Below are positions 11,661-25,084 of a DNA stretch of 64,000 bases, piece after piece. The notes below the pieces were generated by a model, which saw only the letters and a list, made by a program, of their open reading frames with translations, had not been told where the DNA came from and ran no database searches. Source of the stretch: Chrysomallon squamiferum (lineage: Eukaryota > Animalia > Mollusca); contig CM022676.1 of the NCBI GenBank assembly GCA_012295275.1, positions 17,980,001 through 18,044,000 on the forward strand, written 5' to 3'. Both the position numbers and the translations under genes were made by a program. How positions within the stretch are numbered: position 1 is the stretch's first letter; each line of letters opens with the position of its first letter.

Positions 11661-13946
11661 GTTAATATTCAGTAACATTTTAATATAACTTAAAAATGTC
11701 AAAAATGCTACATAGTAAAAGTATTTGATCCATACTTCAAACTGGGTTTATTCAAACTTGTTTTAAAGTCAGATGTCCCCTGTCAATACCTTAGCTAACA
11801 TATAAATAATTATTTGCTTTTGTTTCCAATGAATGAATGGATTATCAATGATACATTTAAATTTTTTGAGTAAACTATTTTTTTCCTTTGTTTTTATTAC
11901 TTTACAGGATAAACTTAGACTTGCTGACCAGAAAAAAGCCAAATAATTAAGTCACAATCCATCATATTTGAATCATATCTAACCTTCATTTTACATGTAA
12001 AATTGTATAATGAACATTAACATAGTTTATACAACTCAGAATATTATTTTATTTTAATTACAAGTTTTAATTTTGTTTTTTTAATTTTCTTCAGGTTCTT
12101 TTATCATGTGCTTGGTTTGAGAATGAAAGAAAACACGTGAGAAATGAAATCCTCTGATTGTAAATGACTTTTCAAGTTTACCTCCAAGTTCTTCAAGTTT
12201 CCTGATCAACCTGAACTAAGAAATGAAACATCTCAAGAACAAATATTAAGAACTGAATTCTTGGATAAAATTGAAAGCTTTTAGCAAGTTTCACACCAAA
12301 ATAACATATTAAAAACATTACTTGTGTGAATCATGGACAGTTCTTATTGAAGAATCTATAACATTGTGATACTGAATTTAAATTCAAAGTCAACGTTTTG
12401 TTTATTACAGATATAATCAAATGTAGACCAGTACACAGAATGTTTGTACCAGACACAGCACCAAGTACAGTCAAGTCTGTGAAAAAAGAAAATATTTTTA
12501 AAAAAATTGCTAAATCTAGAAACCTTTAACTGCTGCAAATCTTATGGTTCAAGGGAGATAATGTTATTTATTTATTTATTTGATTTATTTATTTTTATTT
12601 TAAAGATTAATCAAGTTAACCACGTAATCCAAATATAAAATAACAAAGAAGATGAAGATTTTTGTTAAAGATTAAAATGATAAAAAAAACAAAGTATGTT
12701 AATAAAACATAAAGTGGAAGATGATATGTTGTTTGTAAGTTATATTATTAAGAAATTTTCTTAATGAATAATTTGCAGATCACATTATCTGTTAAGTTGT
12801 TTCTTAATATTTAAATTGTTTTGTAACCAAATGCTTTCATATTGTTATTTTATTTTGTTAATATACTTTTATTAACACAACATAAATCTTGGTATGTTTG
12901 TGTTTTATAGCACTCTCAGCTCTGCAAAGGCTTATCAAACATTTTATACCATTTTTTTTTTCAAATTTCTAATTTAGGATTATTGTGTTTTCTGTTGTTT
13001 ACTACACACTTTTTTGCTAGCATTTTCATCAGCTTGGGAAACAATTTCCTAAGAGTGAAGAATATTTTTATTTACATAGTTTTGAAATAATTGTAGAAGT
13101 AATAGATGAAAATGTGGAGATAGTGATACAAATAATAGTTACACCGACAGACAGATATAAGCATGTTTTAATATTATGACTGAGTTAGGAAAACAGGTCT
13201 GGACTGATTTCAGTATTCTATACCTGGTTTATGTTTAACAAAGATCCTTTTTATGGATTTCCCTGCAAATGTACACGTAGATATTAATATTAATTTGCCA
13301 TTTTGAAAACAAATGTATATCATTAAGATTCTTTTATAATATATAAATCAGTTAACCTCTGTCAGTTTATTCATATCTATCTCTGTTTATTCATATCTGT
13401 CTGTCTATCTGTATGTTTGTCTGTCTGTCTGTTTATGCATATCTGTATATCTATCTGTTTATTCATATATGTCTGTCTGTCTGTTTATTCATATATCTGT
13501 CTGTATGTCTGTTTATTCATATCAGTCTGTCTGTCTGTCTGTCCGACTCTATGCTACAGTCAATCCGTGGAACCAGTCTTTACACATATTACACAAAATA
13601 ACTAAAGTGATTCAAGTCGTATTGTTGACAGTTGTTATACAGGGTTTTTTTGTGTTTTTTTTTTATTTGGTGTTCCTATGATGGGTAATTATATTTAAAA
13701 ATGTATGATAGATGGTTATAAATATTTATTTCTCTACAAATGTACACATACATATTAATATTAATTTGTCATTTTAAAAATATATATATGTTTTTATTAA
13801 TTTTCATTTTTAATGATAAAGTGGATGGGAAGAATGAATAACAAATTCAGTGTTTAGCTGTTATTACAGACATTTCACCAAATGTCAGTCTTGTCTGAGA
13901 ATCAAGTCAGGGCAGCAGATCGTATTTTTTACAAAATGACAATGAA

Positions 13947-14094
<148 letters not shown>

Positions 14095-14615
14095 ATACAT
14101 ATATATATATGTGTGTGTGTGTGTGTGTTGAAAATCGTTCATTAGAGAGACAGAGACATCTAAGACATTATCTTTCCAAATAATTTTCTCTCAGTTAAAT
14201 TAAACACTAATAAAAAGGCAGGATAAGGACTGGTTAAGGAAAGCTTGCAAATAAAGTTATTATAGTTCTTAATTTCAGTACTCATTTTATTATATAGGCA
14301 AAGGGAACTTCTTAATTTTAATTCAATAAATGTGTATGAAAACATATACTGTATACTATTTTTACAACTTAAGTTAGTGTTAGATTTAAAATTTAAAAAA
14401 TCATAATTTCATATTTATTTATCTGTTTCTAGAAAAGGTATGATATCAGTTCACACTGAATTTATTCTTTCGATCCCATCTTTTTTTAAGGGTAAACCAA
14501 CGCAACACGTGGCAAACATAAAGCAGACTTGACAGAGAAGTCTGCATTTTCATTAGAACTGACTCACATGGCTGATCAATGGTGAATTACATATTTTCAT
14601 GGGACCACGCCAGGC

Positions 14616-14651
<36 letters not shown>

Positions 14652-15044
14652 ATTAATTAATTAATTAATCCTTACAACGTGATAAGATTCATGAGATGGG
14701 AACTGATTAATGAGAACTTGAGTGTCTTTAAGATACAAGTTATTGTACGGAGAGAGATTAGTCATAAGCAGTCGATATAAAAATTAAAAACATGTACGTA
14801 AATAAAAAAAAAAAAAAACTGCAGAAATTGGAATAATCAGCCAAGTCGTGAAGCCGCTTTGTCTCTCAAAGGCGAGGTTCGAGCAGTGTCACCAAAATTA
14901 CAATAAAAGTAAACCTGAGCATGTCGAGAAGCCTGATTTGTTTTTACAGAGAGTTTCTTTGTTCATGGCAGGATTGATGATTATAATGATTATAGCAGTT
15001 CTTATCTACATTACTAAACGTATTTTGTACCAATATTATGCAGC

Positions 15045-15091
<47 letters not shown>

Positions 15092-15269
15092 ATTTTTCTT
15101 CTATATACTAGCTATATATAATTTCAGTTACGTAATACTCTTTATATAAAATAAGAATGTACACACACAACACACACACACGCTTTAGTAGTTATAGTAA
15201 GCAAATAAACTACCAATATATGTAAATAAGTAATTTTCTCTTTAACCATCCATAATACTCTTCTCACGG

Positions 15270-15600
15270 AGAAAAAAGCCGATGACGGACTCTTAAAGTT
15301 AGTTTGTAAATTTTAGAGTAAAGATATTTAGCTGCGGCGAGTTTTGTGTAAAAAAGTTTTAAAATGTGTCAGCATGGGCTGACTTCTCTCGCTCTTTTCA
15401 CTGACGTCTGCGGGAATCTAACGTATGACGTCAGCAAGGAAAACTCGAGTCTGAGGAAGAATAAGCGACAAGCGGATGTTCTGCACGGCCCAGCGTTTCC
15501 TTTTGATGAACAAGGAGGTCACTGGCGAGGACCTTTAAACTTTGACCTTGCTTTGTAAAATGCGATAAGCGTTTGATAGCGGGATGTGGTGAAATACTTT
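15270..15600 (+). promoter_or_regulatory. CpG-rich element, candidate promoter of the TRIM-like gene
   Basis: GC/CpG island-like patch in AT-rich DNA with a perfect CRE TGACGTCA at 15426-15433 and a half site at ~15402. It lies 4.3 kb upstream of the TRIM ATG with candidate non-coding exons in between. Confidence 0.45.
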
Positions 15601-15844
15601 TTTCTGACTTTTGCAGTGTAATCTGTTATATTTAAAGTTATATATATTTATATTTATATATATATATATAACTTTTTTTCTGTTAAATTAATAAACTTAA
15701 AGTGTTATTTGTTTATTTATCTAGTGGATAAGTGTAGTATTATGCCAACATGATAATTAGCTTTAATTTACTGGTCCCTGTGATAGAGTTCTAAACAGGT
15801 CCTAGTCGGTCGGTGACAACAACAACAACAACAACAAAACAACA

Positions 15845-15878
<34 letters not shown>

Positions 15879-15894
15879 AATAATAATAATAATA

Positions 15895-15933
<39 letters not shown>

Positions 15934-16407
15934 AACATTACAGTAATAATCACAACGAAGACAAAAAGTTATTTTTATAAAGTTTACAAAATCTGATCTT
16001 CTTTTGTTTGGATTGTGTTTTTTGTGCAACTTACATTTTGTTAACAGCTGAATTAACATACAACAACATATCTCTGATTCAATTTAGTCTTCACAGGACG
16101 ACTAAATTGTAAGGTATATTTTCTTCTTCTTTTTTATTATCATTTTTTAAATTTGATATTTAAATTATATTAAATGAGTCAATTATGTCGTTGCACTGTA
16201 CCCAGTATAACAGTCAATTCCCAGACTTTCAGAATTAAATTAAACCGGATTTATTTATGATGACGAAGTATTTTATCTGTGTCAGTCAAGCGGTCTTTCT
16301 GAATCACGCGATCAGCTGACTGTTGTCGTTCTGCCAGAAGAGGAAAATGTTTCATATCAGTATCAGGTCCGTACCTGCGTTAAATTATAGATGCGGTGCG
16401 CTACTAT

Positions 16408-16445
<38 letters not shown>

Positions 16446-16631
16446 CATACATCTGTAATTCTTAATTTTTATAATGAAATGACATTCAGAATACATGTTT
16501 GATAATAATCATAAACATAGTTGTCGATCTTAACTGCATAAACATCATCTGCTAATACGTGTTTCTGTATTATCTTCCGACATTTATATAATTTTAAAAG
16601 ATAAAAATATTGTAGTAGAACAACATCTACT

Positions 16632-16686
<55 letters not shown>

Positions 16687-17001
16687 AACCACTACTACTA
16701 TTACTACTATTATCATTATCACCAAATGTATGATATTACTACTAATAATAATATATCTGTTAATTACTGTTATTTTATTTTATTTTATTACATTTAGATG
16801 TTTAGTTTTCTACTTTTTGGTCTGGACCTGAATTAATTTTCTGACACACTTGTAACTGCCTGTATTCAAAACGTGACTAATCAGGGTCAAGTGTGTTTAG
16901 CATCGACAAACAAATAGAATGTAAACTGCTTTTCAACTGAATTTTTTTTTCATGCTCTATCATCCAGTACGTCTTTCAGTTTAAGACAGGATTTATTTAT
17001 C

Positions 17002-17074
<73 letters not shown>

Positions 17075-17161
17075 TGTTTGTGTTTGTGTGCGTCGAGTAT
17101 TTTATTCGTAGCGGTTAATGATATCTAACAAAGACCCGATTCCAGAAAGTTTATTACTCAG

Positions 17162-17241
<80 letters not shown>

Positions 17242-17302
17242 AATAATAATAATAATAATGAATGAATAAATAATAGCTTTTACTCACTGAGATCTCTCTG
17301 TG

Positions 17303-17348
<46 letters not shown>

Positions 17349-18595
17349 TCACACACGTCTATGTAAAAATGTTTCTTACTTTCTTTGTTTATTTTTCATA
17401 GATGAAAAGGGTCTCTGTATATTTTACTATTTTTACGTTAGTGTTTGAATAGACTGAGCGGTCAGTAAATATTTTTTTTTTTTATATTATCATTTGTTAG
17501 ATTGCGAGAAAAGTATCATTTCATAAATTACATTCACAAATGTTGACATTTGTACTTACTGTCGATTATTAGATTTGAAAAAAAAAGAAGATTAAATTCA
17601 TATCATAATACGTTAGATGGCGAAATTCGTTTAACACTGCCATAAAATATGAAGAAACGTGACAGTGTAGGTGTAGGTTTTGTGCTGTATTTGGTTAATT
17701 GTAATGTACTTTATTTCTTTATCTAAAAAAACCGATCATCTCTTCATCATCCTCTTGAGTGGAATGTGTTCTTTATAGTACTCTTGAATAAATCTTTTAT
17801 GTATATATATTAACATACGAAACGAAGGCATCTAATATACACAGGGAACTACTATTATTATTACCATTATTTTTATTATTATTATGCCTACGTGACTAAA
17901 AGCACAAGTTATGTATTTGCCCTGCTTATTTTTCATTATTTATATATCTTGTTAAAAGGATCGACAATCGCCTGTGTGTAACTATACAAGTTTAAAAATG
18001 ATGACATTAAAAACATTATCTTTCTCTGATCTACAACAAACCTGTAGAGCGCGCTTCACTTATGACACGAAGAACAAAATTGTGACGGTTTTATTCAGCG
18101 ACGCAGTTCTCATATATTTATTTATTTATTTGTTTATTTATTTTAAATAGAATAAAATGAAACATATATAATAAAGGAATATATATTATTATTATTATTT
18201 TATTACTACTGTGTGCAGGTGACTAAAATCATACTTTCACGTTATAAATATTTCTGTTTTCAATTCCTATAATTTACTTATATCTCTAACGAAATGACCT
18301 GATACCTCCAGTTGAATATTCAAATTTAAAGCAGATAACATTTTGGCGGTTAAATATATTATCTTTCTCCGTCCTTTTGCAAATCATTTGTTGTGTCCAT
18401 TAATACTACAGGTGTGATAAACTGTAAACAGAGCTTTAAAAATTAATGAACTGCACTTACTATGCTAATGTAGTTGTTACTGTTACTGCTATTTACTTTA
18501 CCACAAAACTATAAAACATTCAACATTATTTTTTTCTCAGAAGAAACAAAAATGTTGTAGAAAATTTCAAAGCTTCAACCCCTTCCTTTTTTCAG

Positions 18596-18735
18596 TTGGT
18601 ATCTTCCTCCCACTTAGTGTCGTCTGTCAAAACCCGCTTTTCCGCGCTCAAATCTGTAATAGCAAAACAGGCATTGCAGACGAATAAGAGGAAATATTTT
18701 TGCATCTGTTATATTTCTCGTTTCTTAAGACAAAG
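18596..18735 (+). other. Candidate non-coding 5' UTR exon of the TRIM-like gene
   Basis: Strong acceptor CCTTTTTTCAG and donor AAG|GTATGA, both kept in the inverted copy. The TRIM ATG lies 2 nt after another acceptor (TTCACAG|AT ATG). Confidence 0.4.
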
Positions 18736-18797
18736 GTATGAACACTTATTATTTATATATTTATTTATTTACAAAAATATTTATTTATTTATTTATT

Positions 18798-18830
<33 letters not shown>

Positions 18831-18994
18831 GTTGTTGTTGTTGTTGTTGTTGTTATTATTATTATTTGTTGTTGTTGTTGTTGTTGTTTTGTTGTTGCTG
18901 TAGGATATTTCAAAATAAAATTTAGTAATTTAGGTTGTGTTCTTAGTAAAATGTCTGTATATAATTTTTGTGTCTTTTAATAATTGTTAGAGTG

Positions 18995-19150
18995 GAGGGT
19001 GTGGCTCAGTGGTCAGAGGAAAGTAGTGTTTGGCGATGGGTTGTCGCAGTTATCCTTGTCAAAGTCAGTTCCACGATTACTTTATCACAGGCCGTACGTG
19101 GTTGTAATTATCAAAAAGAGACTATCTGTCAAATTACTGGACACAGTTTC
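18995..19150 (+). mobile_element. Decayed tRNA-derived SINE
   Basis: Pol III A-box TGGCTCAGTGG (19002-19012). Downstream CCACGATT..TATCACAGGCCGT and AGACTATCTGTCAAATTAC resemble a common gastropod MetaSINE-type body (recalled, not searched). Inverted copy at ~41680-41820. Confidence 0.45.
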
Positions 19151-19735
19151 TTTTCTTCTATTAAATGTAAGCCCTAAAACATCATACATGAAGCCATTTA
19201 GCTGCAGATTACAAATGTGTTAATTTCTCATTCAGTTGCAATTTCATTTGTTGATTATGAGATTTTTGAAACGTGAATTTATAATTATCATTAGTAAATT
19301 CATTACTTCGCTGAAGGTCATGTTTTTTTTTGTTCACTTATGAGTTGAATCATGAATAGTGGTTTGAGAAATAACCTTGCAGCAGTCATAGAGTTTATTA
19401 CAGCTGACTTCAGTTACTCTATTAGTTCTATCTCCCACCAGTTTACAGTAGAACTGTCGTTTTCCTTCTCAAATAAAGCGTCACGTCACAAGGTTAAATT
19501 TAGCAAGTTCGTAATGCAGTTAAAGAGAGTTTTTTTTATTTTATTTTATAAATAAAACAAAATACATAAATAAACAAATAAACAGTTTGCAGAGAATATT
19601 TATAATAGTGCTATGTTTGCAAGTTTGTATATATATCATTTCATTTACTTATTTGTATATACAGTTGTGTTACGAACTAAATGGAATTAATGTGTACTTT
19701 TTTACTGCAGTCAGTTGTTCTTGATTTTCTCTAAA

Positions 19736-19802
<67 letters not shown>

Positions 19803-19807
19803 CAGAT

Positions 19808-20093
19808 ATGGCAACACCTTCAATCTCCGATGATAATCTTTCGTGCTGTCTATGTATGGACATTTTCGATAAGCCTCGAGTTTTAAACTGTGGACATTCG
19901 TTTTGCTCCAAATGCCTGCAGAACTATATAAGTCACACTTACGACAACAACGACACACAAATCGCCTGCCCGTTCTGCAGGCAGAATGTTCACATCTCAG
20001 ACAGCACGAAAGCAGTGTATACGTGGGCAGATCAATTCCCTATAAACAAGTCACTACAGGACGCCATTAATGATCGTCTACACTCAAAGTTTT
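19808..20093 (+). CDS. TRIM-like E3 ubiquitin ligase, coding exon 1 (C3HC4 RING finger)
   Basis: MATPSISDDNLSCCLCMDIFDKPRVLNCGHSFCSKCLQNYI...IACPFCRQ...WADQFPIN is a canonical TRIM-type RING. The phase-1 donor T|GTGAGT at 20093/20094 matches the phase of the next exon. Confidence 0.85.
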
Positions 20094-20364
20094 GTGAGTC
20101 ACAGTGTTGTGTTCAGATTCATTACAATAATAACAAGCAATTAAACAAAGAGACAGCGATCATTTAACTAAAATATATTTTTCTGTTGCTTGAACCATAG
20201 CAGCAGGCTCATAAAGAAAGGAACGTTATTTTGTTCATAAAAACAGATTTATATTCAGATTCTTAAATTAGTTGATAAAATATATTCTAAAATTCTTCAT
20301 ATTGTTACCCATATCTTTATCAAAATTATTAGTACAATTTGAATTCTTCTTCTTCTTGTTCTCC

Positions 20365-20396
<32 letters not shown>

Positions 20397-20532
20397 GTTG
20401 TTATTATTATTATTTTTACTAGTATTATTATTATTATTTTTATTGTTACTATTATTAGTATTATTATTATTATTATTATCTAATATATCAATTGTTTATT
20501 TATTTATTTGTTTATTTATTTATTTATTTCAG

Positions 20533-21962
20533 CTAAAAAGAGAGGTCACTTTTCAATTCTGAGTTCTGTTTGTGAGAGTCTCAAATCCTACAAAGAAATT
20601 CTTCAGACAGAGATGGATGATAAGATTAAAGAACTTCGCGAAGCCGTCAATATCAACGTCATGGAGTCTACAGAGGATGTGAGAAGGATTGGTAACACAC
20701 TAATCACAGATTTTACCACTGCAGTCCAAAAAGAACAAGAGAGGTTAATAGGAGAAATAGAAACATCTCAGAACTTTGTAAACTCAGAAATAGATAAAAT
20801 CTTTACTGAACATAAATATCTGATTGAGGAAAATGACAAAATGATCAAACTAGGTCGAGATTTGTTACAAAGAAAATCTGAGTCAGATATAAAAATAAAT
20901 ATTTCAAAATTCACCAAACTTCAAAACACAACTTTCGAGTTCCTGTCCAAATCTCTTTCACAAATAGGAAAAGCAGAAATAAAAATAAATGTCATAAAAT
21001 CTGATAAGAAAAATATGTCTGTGCACATCGGAGAAATAACGACAAACATCCAAACAGACACAAATATAGACATAGTGACAGACACACTCAAACACACAGA
21101 CACCATTGAAACAGAAACACCACACACAGACACAGAGATAAACAAACTGACAAAATCCCTGAAACACACAGACACCATTAACACAAAAACACAAGAAGAT
21201 AAAAATGATCCGTGTCTGTATTCCATTCTGGTGTCAGGTGAGGACAAAAGTAAAATTGTTGTTAGTGATTTGGACAATGACTGTGTAAAATGTTTTTGTT
21301 TAGAACGAAAATCACTGATAAACAGATACGTAACTTCCTGTCCACCATGGGGTCTTGCTGAATCACGTGATCAGCGGGGTGATGTTGTTGTTGTTGTTGC
21401 TCTACCAGATGAATATAAAATATTGTTTTTAAATTTGAAAAACTTCGAACTGATCAAGACAGTTGAAACTAATAAAAAATATGAGTTTATTGCTGTGTTA
21501 CCTGGCAACCGTCTCGCACTCACTGGGGGGTATATTGGTCGGTACTTGGACATACTGACGGACACTGGTCAGCTCATTAATTCTATCTCAACAGATTTGA
21601 TCCCCGGACCGTACAGTCTCACAGTTCACGATCAATGTCTGATTGTTGTTTCAAAGAGAAAAACTGAAAACAAAGTATTTTGTGTGACGTCATCTGGTGA
21701 CGTCAAATGGGAGTCACGTGATTCAGCCAGACTGAGTGGATTGACAGGTGTTACATGTGATACGGAGGGAAATATTTTTGTTTGTCATTTTCACAGAAAT
21801 TCTGTTGTTCAGTTGTCACGAGATGGTAACATAACACGTGACATCCTCACTGACCAGGATGGACTGTCCAAACCTCGGTCTGTCTGTTGTGATGACAACA
21901 AACTGTACGTGGGACAGCGATTCACTGGAGAAATAAAAATATTTACATGGTGTAGAAAGTAA
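20533..21962 (+). CDS. TRIM-like protein, coding exon 2 (coiled coil, Thr-rich linker, NHL-like beta-propeller); spliced product 571 aa
   Basis: Acceptor TTTCAG|CT in phase 1 and an open frame to TAA at 21962. Helical heptad-rich region, then NHL/TRIM2-3-like blades (IVVSDLDNDCVKCF, PWGLA, GVTCDTEGNIFVC, DGLSKPRSVCCDDNKLYVG). AATAAA at 22051. Confidence 0.88.
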
Positions 21963-22917
21963 ACTTCAAACAGTCTCCTAAGTTTGTTTCACTTAAACTG
22001 TTTTGAAGTTGAAAGTCGACAGACATTTCTTTTCTTTACACAAACTGATAAATAAACAGAAAATCAGTTGTTTATTTTATTGCAAAGTAATAAATTTAGT
22101 TAATTTGTTTACTTTTCGTTATTAAATTAAACTAATTTATTTATTTATTATTCTTAGTGAATGTTTCGTTGAAAATACAGGAGTTATAACATATGTTTTA
22201 AAGCAATTAGTTTATTTATGTTAATAATTTATTATTAGTACTAGTAGCAGTAGTTGTTGTTGTTTTCCAGAAAAATATTTATTATTTTTAATTAATGGCA
22301 CGTTTAAACTTGCTTAATTACATAATAAATTTAAAAATAAAAACTTATTTACTTTCAAAAATTTACATTCGTGCGGTTGTTTTTCTCAATTTTTTTTTTT
22401 TGTGTGTGTGTGTGTGTGTGTCTGTGTGTGTGTGTCTGTGTGTGTGTGTTTGTGTGTGATCTTTTTATTGTTGACTTCCGTTTATTTCATGTTTTGATTT
22501 TGAAATCTTTCAAATTTAACTCCATTTCTGAAGAGAGTTTTATAAAGTATGTGAGGCAGAATAAAAATAAGAAAATGACGTATAATAGTCCAGTACAACT
22601 GGATTCCCCTAAGAAAACAATAATTCGTGTTAGCTGTTAATGATAAAGTTATAAGAGAACTACTTTGCACTACACTGATATTATACACATTAATTATATT
22701 TTAGAAACATACAAACATATAAACAGGTGAACATCAAGAAACAATGTAATTATTTCTAAAAGTTAAATGAAATAATGACAGAATAATTTCATTTTTATCA
22801 CGTAAATATTTTATTTGAGTTTTATTTGATTACACTGGAATATGTACAAACACGTTTTAAATATCACAACTTTCTTTGAAATCAACTACTTTACATTATA
22901 ATTGAATTGCTAAAATA

Positions 22918-23020
<103 letters not shown>

Positions 23021-25084
23021 TCTATAATAAATTTTGAAACATTCATTTTCTTTGTTTTCCACGTCTGTTAGTTGTGTTGGTTGTCGTGCACAAATGGAAA
23101 ACAAACAGAGATTGTACTGTGTTTGGCAAATGTGAGTTATAAAAGACACTAACAAGTTGAAATAAGATATCATCAATGATAATAAATAAATAAATATACT
23201 TATAAAACCTATGAATCATTTTATTGGTTACTTCTTTAGGTCCTACACAACAAATTTAGATAATTCTTCAGTTTCTGGTGTGAAAGAACACAAAGCTTTG
23301 TACTGACATCCTCCGTCACAGAACAGAATTACAAAGTGTTTAACATCAAACTCAGCCAGTTCCTAGATAAACAAACAAACAAGTAAATAAATAAACAAAC
23401 AGATAAACAGAAATATCCATAAATATACCATAAATCAATAAACAGATAAATAAAATTGTATTAACATAGCAATAATATATAAAAAGTAAAAAAAAAAAAA
23501 TTAATATAATTACATTATATATAAAATTCAAAACTAACTAAAGCTCATGTTGTTTTTTGGTAATAACAACAATATAAAACTAAAATAATGATTAATGAAT
23601 AAAAGTTTACACACTCACACCAATTTGTTAGATTTAACTCTCCAACTTCCCCCTCCCAGATATTTCTACAACTTTCAAAAATAAATAACAATTATCTATC
23701 AACTAGACAGGATCAGAAAAATAATTCTCTTATAAAAGCTTAAAAATTTAGGTTGTAATTTGAATGAAATAAAAATAAACAGTAATAACAAACAATAATA
23801 AAATACTGTAGATTAAAAGGAGTGGGAATAATCCTGAAAAAAAAATAATTCACTTAAAAAAACTAAGTATGTCTTTTAAAAACAAACAATAATAAGAAAA
23901 TCAAATATAATGAAAAAATAATTCCTGCTAAAGCTTAAAGATCAAAGAAAAACAGATTTCAGTTTTTCTGGTCCATTTCATTTAGCAATGGCTTAATTTG
24001 GTTTAGACAATAATAATAAGCAGAGATTCAAAAATAAGAAAATTAATAAACAAGTGAGCGGGCTAATTTAACCAAAACAAAACCTGGAAATAAATATTTA
24101 AAATAAAATTTAACAGAGAAGATAGTTTACAATATTACAGCCTTGTTACAATAACTGATATTATAAATCTAGATGACAACAATAATGATGATGATGATGA
24201 TGAAGAAATTTAAAATGAAGACATTTTAACTTATTTTTTATTTTAATTTATATATATAATCAGAAAATATGAGAAATGTAAAAGTAGACCTCACAGACTG
24301 AGTAGATTAGTGTAAAGTGCTGGCATACTCAGTCTGTTAGAGTTTGTGTGGAATCTTATGTAATGATAGAAAATTAATAATGATAATGATAATAATGATA
24401 ATAATCATCATGATAATAATAGCAATAATAAAGATAATAATGCTAAAACAAAAAAAACAGAAAAAAAGAGAATGTGTTTAAGTTAAAGAAAAATAAAAGT
24501 TGAATATAGATGACAGGCTGATGAAAACAGATGTGGATGACAAAATGAAGAAATGATAAACATGCTTTAAAATAATGGATGATAAAATTGATCAATGGTT
24601 ACTAATAAAATTTGAACTAATGAATATATGTGCTATAAATATACCTAGTGAATTTTGTATATTACTTGTTTACTGTCACCAGCATTTCCTAATAGTAAAG
24701 TATAACAATCTTTTAAGAAGTTTGTATCAGCAGGTTGACTTACCCAATATTTTGTATTATTTTTATTTATCTATATAATCTCAAAATATGGGAAATGCAA
24801 AAATAAACCTCACAGACTGAGTAAATTAGTGTAAAATGTTGGCATACTCAGTCTGTTAGAGCTTTTTATGGATTAATGATGTTATGATAGAAAAATAAAT
24901 GTACAGATAAAAGAATAATAAACAAAATAAAAAAAAAAAGAAGAAAAAAAAAAAATATATTGATTGTGGATACAGAAATAAGAATAAAACAAAGAAGAAA
25001 AAAATCATAAGATAAAGAAAATATATTGATTGTGGATACAGAAATAAGAATAAAACAATGCTGATGGAAGAATGGAAATAATGA

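Larger units (their letters stand above)
7549..12480 (+). pseudogene. Series of degraded exon-like segments of an unidentified gene or genes
   Basis: Higher-complexity blocks preceded by polypyrimidine-AG acceptors at ~7549, 8477, 9122, 10023, 10880, 11351, 11909 and 12095, several ending in GT donors. Most carry stops or frameshifts. A weak, unverified resemblance to Lines/LINS1 was noticed. Confidence 0.4.

Noticed and set aside
15364-15558. 64-aa ORF conserved in both copies
   Set aside because: Conservation only reflects recent duplication. No recognisable domain, and the region looks like a promoter.
15770-15810. CTAG-T preceded by a weak stem as a Helitron 3' end
   Set aside because: The stem is only ~5 bp and does not coincide with any duplication boundary.
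18995-19070. tRNA gene (also 59170-59240)
   Set aside because: A box is present but there is no cloverleaf or proper T arm; better explained as a SINE head.
20921-21565. Antisense ORFs over the TRIM exon (and 39339-39981)
   Set aside because: Shadow frames of the real CDS.
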